DNA of 24,290 nucleotides from Oligoflexales bacterium (GTDB lineage Bacteria; Bdellovibrionota_B; Oligoflexia; Oligoflexales; Bog-1112): NCBI GenBank assembly GCA_045105515.1, contig JBGCDR010000188.1, positions 1 to 24,290 of the forward strand, read 5' to 3'. Shown piece by piece: positions 18,001 to 24,290 of this stretch (position 1 is its first letter; each line of letters starts with the position of its first letter). The notes under the pieces were generated by a model. It saw only the letters and a program-made list of their open reading frames with translations, ran no database searches and was not told where the DNA came from. The position numbers and the translations under genes were made by a program.

Positions 18001-19116
18001 ATGCTTAATAAGATTCTTTGGATTTTAATTTTCACCTTTACCTCAAACACAGTTTGCTATTCACGTAGCTCAGCACATTCGGAACATAGGCAAAAGTTTG
18101 ACATCGAGCTGATTGAGGAAAGTGTACAGGCTGAGGCTATAAAGGGCCAGTATTCTTCCCCCTCCTATAAAGCAGCAGCGATTGCAGCTTATTCCATTTG
18201 GTGGGTAGGACTTTTTGGAACTTCACTATTACTTAGAATACATAGTGATGAGATACATCCTATGATTCTTTCCCTTCCAGCTGGTATTGGAGCCCTACAT
18301 GGTGGATTTAAGGTCAAAAATGGTAATCTCGATGCTGCAATCGTCGATAGTAATCTTCAAAAAAAATCTAAATCCCTATTGCTCTCAATAATAGAAGGAA
18401 AAGATCTTATCAACAAAGGGCCCTTGCACCAGCAGGTAAATGAGATTTTTATGTCAATAAAGGCAAAAACAATAGAATGGTTTCCAGATTCAAAACGTTT
18501 TGATTGGGAGTTTGTTATTGTTAAAGATGATTCAAATATAAATGCTTTTTGTCTACCAGGTGGAAAAATAGCAATTTATACTGGTATCATTGAAAAGGCA
18601 GAAAATGAACCAGCTTTAGCGGCCATTATTGGTCACGAAGTTGGTCATGCAGTCTCAATGCATACTGCAAAAACTCAAGTAGATAGGCATATTTCTTCAT
18701 CTTTTATTGATATCCTTAGTTTTCTTGCTTCAAGCTTTTTAGGACCTTTTGCAGATATTATTATCGGTGGTGGAGGTGAACTGCTTTATAAACTACCTTT
18801 TAGCCGATCTAATGAATTGGAAGCAGATAAAATAGGCTTAGTATTAATGAGTAAAGCCGGATATGACCCCCATGAGGCAATTGAGTTTTGGCAAAGAATG
18901 GCTTTAAAAAATGAATATTCTTCCCTTCTTTCTACCCATCCGAATTCCTTGGATAGAAGCATTGTTATGAAATCACTGTTAGATGATGTCCTGAAAATAT
19001 ATAATAAAGTTCAAAAGAAAATTGATAAGAGCATCAAGTTAAAATACAGCAAAGCTGAAGCCAATAACAAGAATGGAATTCTCAAAAATAAGGTTTCAAC
19101 TGAAATTAGGTATTAA
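18001..19116 (+). CDS. M48 family zinc metallopeptidase (Oma1/LoiP-like) with signal peptide
   Basis: WEFVIV..INAFCLPGGKIAIYTG, HEVGH, SRSNELEADKIG, AGYDPHEA, STHP; N-terminal signal-like segment plus additional hydrophobic segments. Confidence 0.92.
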   Translation: MLNKILWILIFTFTSNTVCYSRSSAHSEHRQKFDIELIEESVQAEAIKGQYSSPSYKAAAIAAYSIWWVGLFGTSLLLRIHSDEIHPMILSLPAGIGALHGGFKVKNGNLDAAIVDSNLQKKSKSLLLSIIEGKDLINKGPLHQQVNEIFMSIKAKTIEWFPDSKRFDWEFVIVKDDSNINAFCLPGGKIAIYTGIIEKAENEPALAAIIGHEVGHAVSMHTAKTQVDRHISSSFIDILSFLASSFLGPFADIIIGGGGELLYKLPFSRSNELEADKIGLVLMSKAGYDPHEAIEFWQRMALKNEYSSLLSTHPNSLDRSIVMKSLLDDVLKIYNKVQKKIDKSIKLKYSKAEANNKNGILKNKVSTEIRY

Positions 19117-19121
19117 CAGCA

Positions 19122-21413
19122 TCAACGTTTCACCACGGTCACTAGATCTTTAAGGGTCTGTGACAACACAGTAATATTCCCATCTTCATCAACTGTTGCC
19201 CCACTAAAATAGGGAGAACTAGAATTTTCATCATAATATTTGATAAATGATGCTCCGCTTGCTAACGGTATGGCGCTGATAACACTGAGTCCTGCAAAAC
19301 TAGGTGCATCAACATAATTACCCGTTGCCGAACCAATAATTTTTTTACTTCCAAGGGATGTGGACTCCAGGCTGTAAAGGAATTTAGAGTTCCCAAGATC
19401 CACTACGTTATTTAGATAATGAGAGCTGTTGGCAGTTAAGACATTGGTACTAAGATAAGATTTGATTTCCTCTTGCGAAACATCAGATTCCGAGAAGGTA
19501 AAATCCACTGTGGTAAAATTTCTACGGTACGCCGACCAGGTGCCGGTGCCATCTGTGGATGAGCTTTCTTCTAAGATTACATCCCCTGCATAGAGTAAGT
19601 TGCTCATAATCATCGGTGAAACAACAGACGTAACGCTTGTAGATGTATCAAAGGCATTATCACTGAGTTGTGCAATTGCATCTTCACTTGCGGAACCGCA
19701 AGGACTAAATCTAATACTCAAGCCCTCATCACTTGGAGTTTCCATCCAAACCTTTTCTATACGTCTGTCAACTCCTTGAGTACAATCGGAGCTCTCTCCA
19801 GTCACCAGGGGTATAACAAAGAAGGGCGTGTAGGAATCATTGTTATCTGAGTCATTGCTATCCATCAAGTCTACAAGCTCTACAGAATTACTCGAAGATG
19901 TAGGTGTATATCGATACAGATTACTGGAGAAGACGAAGTAGAGTTTGTCGTCACTTCCGACAGCAGCATCACCAGAGAAAAGGCTATCAATCATATTCTG
20001 ACTTGCTGCTGAATAAGTTGCTGGGTCAGTGCTTAGATCAATGGTTCCAAATGGCGAAATAGTATTGGAAGATGATGTATTAACTATTACAGTGGAACTT
20101 CCCACTTTATAAAATGTTATACCTTGAATGTCACTGATGCTACTTGGCAGATTCACAAGGGAGTCGTAGAGTACGTCTCCAGTTTCGGTGTTTATTTCCA
20201 CTACAAAACACACTGCAGTGCTTCCTGATGAACATCCAGCGCCAAGAAAGTTGTCGCTAACCCCCTGAACAGGACCAAAAACCTTTTCCACCATTTGCTC
20301 GTTCGTGGTGAATGTGTGATTGATATTGCTATAGAGTGAAGTGGACACGGAATCAGTTTCTGTGTTCGATGTAAATTTTCGTATTGATGCTCCATCCCAG
20401 AACATGCTGCGTGATAAGTCGATCATATAACTAGGATGCTCGAAAAATGCTGCTGGAAAGCTCAAAGTCGTGCTTAAATCAACTTCCCAGCTATCATCAA
20501 CTATCGCAGTGGTTCCAAGCAATGAAAAACCTGATGGTACGGGATGTCCAGTACCATCATTGTGGAGATAGCGGACTGCAGAATCTATTGTCGATCCGAT
20601 ACTTCCTACAAAAAATCCCTGCGGAGCGGCTGTGATGGTTTCGTTTGATGGCAAATAAACCTCCGTAGACGTATAGTCTTCTCCAATCAGCAAAAAGTAG
20701 GTATCATCTACCTCTACCAATGGGGTCCCATCACCAGCTACATAGAGATAAAAATCCTCTGGGGCTGTTACTGCAGCTGTAAACAATAGTTCCATAGTGT
20801 TATCTTCAGAAAAATCCACCATATGGATTGTATTGTCACCTCTAATAAAGAGCTTGTTGTTATGGTAGACCAATCTCCCATTGTTCTCGATAATACTTAC
20901 GGTGTAGTCTCCTTTGAGAAAGGTAAACCCATCAGCACCTTCAGGTTTTAAAGCAGTAGTAAGACCATCAGAATCGATCAAAGCAAGTTGGGAATCACCA
21001 AAGTAAGGCAACGATGTTCCATCTGCCAAGCCATAGAGGCGAGCTCCTATCACAGTCCCATTAGACCCAACATCAGCAATAGCTCCCACCTCAGATCTGT
21101 AAGTAGTGGTATCCTCGGTATAATCCGAAAGCGGTTCCCACAGGGTAGGGCTTAATTTAGAGCCCAACAAATAGAGATTAATGCCTGTATTATCGTTACC
21201 TATAGCTGCTGCAATTAGCTCGGCATCTCCCATTTCAAAGTTTGTGCCAGCAAACCATCGACCTGAGTTCTCAGAACTTTCATCATCCGGATCGATGGTA
21301 GTTGGATCTGCACTAAGCGATTCCTCTGTTGTCTCATCAGTCTCTTCAAGTTCTCCACAAGCTATCATAGAAATCCAAATCACTGAAAATACGTAAAAAA
21401 CTAGCTTTTTCAA
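19122..21413 (-). CDS. Large acidic Ser/Thr-rich lipoprotein, probably beta-rich surface protein
   Basis: TTG 21413 preceded by GGGAGGGG; lipobox-like IWISMIA|C followed by an acidic tether (GELEETDETTEES); beta-strand-like periodicity; no catalytic motif recognised. The ORF track starts at 21446. Confidence 0.75.
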   Translation of the reverse strand: MKKLVFYVFSVIWISMIACGELEETDETTEESLSADPTTIDPDDESSENSGRWFAGTNFEMGDAELIAAAIGNDNTGINLYLLGSKLSPTLWEPLSDYTEDTTTYRSEVGAIADVGSNGTVIGARLYGLADGTSLPYFGDSQLALIDSDGLTTALKPEGADGFTFLKGDYTVSIIENNGRLVYHNNKLFIRGDNTIHMVDFSEDNTMELLFTAAVTAPEDFYLYVAGDGTPLVEVDDTYFLLIGEDYTSTEVYLPSNETITAAPQGFFVGSIGSTIDSAVRYLHNDGTGHPVPSGFSLLGTTAIVDDSWEVDLSTTLSFPAAFFEHPSYMIDLSRSMFWDGASIRKFTSNTETDSVSTSLYSNINHTFTTNEQMVEKVFGPVQGVSDNFLGAGCSSGSTAVCFVVEINTETGDVLYDSLVNLPSSISDIQGITFYKVGSSTVIVNTSSSNTISPFGTIDLSTDPATYSAASQNMIDSLFSGDAAVGSDDKLYFVFSSNLYRYTPTSSSNSVELVDLMDSNDSDNNDSYTPFFVIPLVTGESSDCTQGVDRRIEKVWMETPSDEGLSIRFSPCGSASEDAIAQLSDNAFDTSTSVTSVVSPMIMSNLLYAGDVILEESSSTDGTGTWSAYRRNFTTVDFTFSESDVSQEEIKSYLSTNVLTANSSHYLNNVVDLGNSKFLYSLESTSLGSKKIIGSATGNYVDAPSFAGLSVISAIPLASGASFIKYYDENSSSPYFSGATVDEDGNITVLSQTLKDLVTVVKR

Positions 21414-21591
21414 AATACCCCTCCCACTTAAATGAATAGGTAACATGAACCGATTTTTCAGGCTATTCTGCTTATCGTCACAAAATAAAAATCTATTATT
21501 TTACAAATAGTCGCTTCGAAGTTACTGGGCGACACCCGTGAAAATTTAAAAACTTACATTGAGTCCTCATACTGAGAAGTTTGTTTTGTGT

Positions 21592-22435
21592 TCAGAAGCT
21601 GTATCCAAGGGCAGTACAATTTTGCATAAAGTGAATTAATTGCTCAGCTCGATCACTACTGCTTCCAGTAGTTGGTATGTTTTTCATTTCTACTCTTCCA
21701 TATTTTCCGGTAAATCTTGCAAAAAAAGCATCACTGATCTTGAGTGAAATACCAACATGCATAGAAGTACCCCAACCTGAAAGATTCCAATAGTGGTTGT
21801 CACCTTTCCCAAAAAGCCTAACATCACTTCTTGGAATCATAAGTCCTGCACCTACTCCTCCAATTAGACTTACTCTTTTAAAATCAAACCATTCAGGAGA
21901 CTTAAAAAAATCAAGGGAGTGTTCAGAATCAATTTCTATTGGAATATAGTTAAAACCATCCGTATGTTCGAAAGTTAAAAAATTTTTTTTCTATAACAAT
22001 CGCTTCGTTATCGTAATTCCCAGCATACTGCTCTGAGTCTTCAGCATTTATATACCCTTCTATAATTGCTGTTTGTCCTTTGTCGAGGACATATTTCATG
22101 TGGTCAATACCAATAGAGATATTCCAATATGGAGCAAATCTATAGCCGAATCTGATATTGTATTGGGGTACACTAACATTCTTGTAGTAATCTTCACTAA
22201 GAATTGAGGCTCGATCAGAAGCCTTTACATCCTTCAATTCAAATTTATGATTTTTGCCGTGGAATTTTATGCTACTGGAACCAAAGAATGCACGATTGTA
22301 CCCAAGGTAGAAATAATATTTACCAACGTTTATTGCTGCAGCATTTGTAGGTAAATTTTCTGCAACTTGTTGTTGAGAAAGAGAAATTGACTCAAAAAAA
22401 ACCAATAAGAATGCAATAAAGATATTGAATTTCAT
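21592..22435 (-). pseudogene. Outer-membrane beta-barrel gene split by a +1 frameshift in an A8T6 tract (about 280 aa if repaired)
   Basis: Removing one base at 21977-21990 joins ORF 21950-22435 to ORF 21592-21840 via IEKNFLTFEHTDGFNYIPIEID...GGVGAGLMIPRSDV with no stop. Signal peptide and C-terminal LGYSF are present, and it is collinear with the paralog at 5736-6500. Confidence 0.85.
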
Positions 22436-22787
22436 ATATTTAAATACCTATCCAAAAGTTTAATAAATGTTTATAGTCAAAAATCTCAATTTTAAGTTTC
22501 ACGCTTAAAAAAGGATAAGTTCACATACAATTATATCATTATTAAAAATTTTTAATTTTGGTGATTTGCTCTACATGGGTAAGGTCATTTTGGTGAGATT
22601 GAGTAGCAAAGTTTATTAGTAAATCTACCAACAAAGGGCAGACTGTGGCAACTGCTCAAACGCAAAATATAGGTTCCCAGCCTTCATAGCGGACTGCTAT
22701 ATAACATTACAAATGAAGTGTAGACGAATCAACAATGGAACCATCTTGGGTTGAAAATGAAGTGTCAAGTGAAAACAGTTATTTCAA

Positions 22788-23105
22788 CTACCTAGGACAA
22801 TGCGCTTGACTCTCCCAATCGGTATAATAAACAATCAAGTTGGCTTCACTCTTCCAATTGGTGTAGTACACTTTCCGATCCGCTGATGACTGGTAATCAG
22901 TATTTTTCCAAAGACCATTGAAGTTTCCTCTAGCCCTTGAATCCCATGTGGTTTTATATACTATGCAATTTGCATCGCTCTTCCAATTAGTAACATAAAC
23001 CACATCAGTCGCACTACTTTTGAAATTCGTTTCATAAATTAATTCAGCTTGAGCCATACTGGAGCATATTGAAAATATCCAAAACAAAGGTCTAATTAAT
23101 TGCAT
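22788..23105 (-). CDS. DUF6150-like small exported repeat protein
   Basis: ATG 23105 after GGGAG; signal peptide ..SSMAQA|E; six ~13-aa repeats VYxT(N/D)W(K/E)SxA with central GLW, the pattern I recall for DUF6150. Confidence 0.7.
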   Translation of the reverse strand: MQLIRPLFWIFSICSSMAQAELIYETNFKSSATDVVYVTNWKSDANCIVYKTTWDSRARGNFNGLWKNTDYQSSADRKVYYTNWKSEANLIVYYTDWESQAHCPR

Positions 23106-23272
23106 AAATAATTCTCCCAATTGGATGAGCGAATAACATTGAGAGTGATTTCTATAGGGAATTAATGGGGAGATGTCAACAAATCACTTTGCTCATTAGA
23201 TCAACAGGTTGAATGCAGAATCTATAAAAAAACTAATATTTTACCGTTCAAGCAAACCCAAGCACTCAGGAA

Positions 23273-23575
23273 TCAAACCAGGACTCCTTTCTCCAGAACA
23301 AATAAGATAAGCAACTTTTCGTGGATGCGCAGAAGAAAATTTGTCAATTTATCAGGTCTTTTTTCCCAATACTCTTTTAATAGAGGCTTAACCTTCTGCT
23401 TTGCAAGCTCGTCCATTTCAAGTAAATCTGAATTTTCTTGCAGGTTTTAAGGCCGTTATGGATAGGGTGATTTTAGGGTCAAGCAAGCATTTGAAATCCA
23501 AAAGCTTATGAAACTATATGCGTCATCTGCGACGTCTAATGACTTTAGCAGATCAGTCTTTCGTATACTTGTCAT
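23273..23575 (-). pseudogene. Possible decayed ~100-codon gene of unknown family
   Basis: A single frame reads MTSIRKTDLLKSLDVADDAYSF...SPYP*RP*NLQENSDLLEMDELAKQKVKPLLKEYWEKRPDKL.. with only two adjacent internal stops; no homology recognised. Confidence 0.3.
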
Positions 23576-23648
23576 ATAATTTAAAAAGGTTCTACCACGG
23601 ATAAATGGGTAGGTTACTAATTTTGAAGGGGACAGGTTGCCAAGATGC

Positions 23649-23776
23649 CTCACTCAAAAAAAGCTAACATTCTACTCCAGGTTGACTTTGATACTGTCAA
23701 TCGCATAGAAAGTGGTGATAATGTCAAAACAGAAACCCTGAAAGTCTTTGGATACCAAGTAGAGTTGGGTGAGTAA
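23649..23776 (+). pseudogene. Frameshifted XRE-family HTH regulator remnant (HipB/y4mF-like antitoxin)
   Basis: LTQKKLTFYS followed, after a one-base frameshift near 23678, by VDFDTVNRIESGDNVKTETLKVFGYQVELGE*, matching the XRE pattern LTQxxLA...V...TVxRIExG; no intact start. Confidence 0.55.
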
Positions 23777-23857
23777 GGCGAACCTTAAGAAAGAATTTAT
23801 TAAAGAGTCAATCAAACGAGAAAATTTTCTTGCTTGATCGCATCTTTAAGCTTCTTG

Positions 23858-24184
23858 CTATGATAGAGACTTCTCAATCTTCAACACTTTTTCTTCAGCT
23901 GAATCATAAATCCAGGTGGTAGCAAGTTCCTCGGCCCATGGATGGTTTCCAAAATTATAGTGCCACCATTCGAATGGATGATTTGTGAAGCCTTGCTCAA
24001 TCATCAAATTAAAGAACAACCTCCTATTTGCTCTAATTTGCATCCATCTTTCATGGGAAACCCGATGCTTTTCGTCAAATTCTGACTCAAAAAATGTGGT
24101 TTTAGCAAGATCTGAGATGTCGTCAAACTCTGTACCCATATCAAGGGGAACACCCAGGGCTGATTCAAATAAGATTTTTTCCAA
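23858..24184 (-). pseudogene. ddpX: C-terminal fragment of D-Ala-D-Ala dipeptidase (VanX/DdpX, peptidase M15D)
   Basis: PLDMGTEFDD, NRRLFFNLM..GF, EWWHYNFG. The N-terminal half with the SxHxxGxAxD zinc motif is absent and an in-frame TAG lies just upstream of the ORF. Confidence 0.75.
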
Positions 24185-24290
24185 TTTTTCATTAAATAGG
24201 TCAGAAAAATTCTAAGCCGCAGTACCAAAAGTGACTAGATAAAAAAAATATAGGAAGAAAAAACTTAAAAAAAATGGCTCACTTTTATTA

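Noticed and set aside
8001..18096. 15-bp exact match GAACATAGGCAAAAG at 8001-8015 and 18082-18096
   Set aside because: One copy is intergenic and one is inside a CDS, with no extension; about one such match is expected by chance in 24 kb of AT-rich DNA.
19668..21396. Short ORFs within the large lipoprotein gene
   Set aside because: Antisense or alternative-frame shadows with no independent support.
1..24290. Alternative genetic code (stop reassignment) to explain the in-frame stops
   Set aside because: Intact genes end in TAA, TAG and TGA, conserved Trp residues use TGG, and long genes are uninterrupted under code 11.
1..24290. Eukaryotic or giant-virus origin of the contig
   Set aside because: SD sequences, lipoboxes, outer-membrane barrels, tam, a ddpX remnant and the absence of introns indicate a Gram-negative bacterium.

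Overview
AT-rich (roughly one-third GC by eye) bacterial accessory region made almost entirely of stand-alone genes with frequent strand switches, no recognisable operon, RNA gene, CRISPR array or intact mobile element, and several decaying genes. Shine-Dalgarno-like sites, lipoboxes, outer-membrane beta-barrels and intron-free ORFs indicate a Gram-negative bacterium; the taxon cannot be fixed from sequence alone. Genes: a SNF2 ATPase with an inserted C3HC4 RING (Rad5/Rad16-type architecture), a tandem SAM methyltransferase whose C-terminal half is sarcosine/dimethylglycine N-methyltransferase-like, two paralogous outer-membrane barrels (one split by a +1 frameshift in an A8T6 tract), two paralogous ~55-aa membrane microproteins flanking a NUDIX hydrolase, tam, a GT2 glycosyltransferase, a two-HA-domain protein, a rhomboid-like protease, a Cys-rich lipoprotein with an eroded second module, a membrane class III adenylate cyclase, an M48 peptidase, a large acidic lipoprotein, a DUF6150-like protein, and remnants of an XRE HTH gene and a D-Ala-D-Ala dipeptidase. 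The main signal is that several domains that normally act in the cytosol or nucleus and look eukaryote-like (SNF2-RING with a KKRKR NLS-like motif, HA repeats, ATP/SAM-dependent enzymes) sit behind Sec-type signal peptides and acidic linkers. This suggests, by inference only, an exported effector repertoire aimed at a eukaryotic, possibly algal or protist, host or prey.
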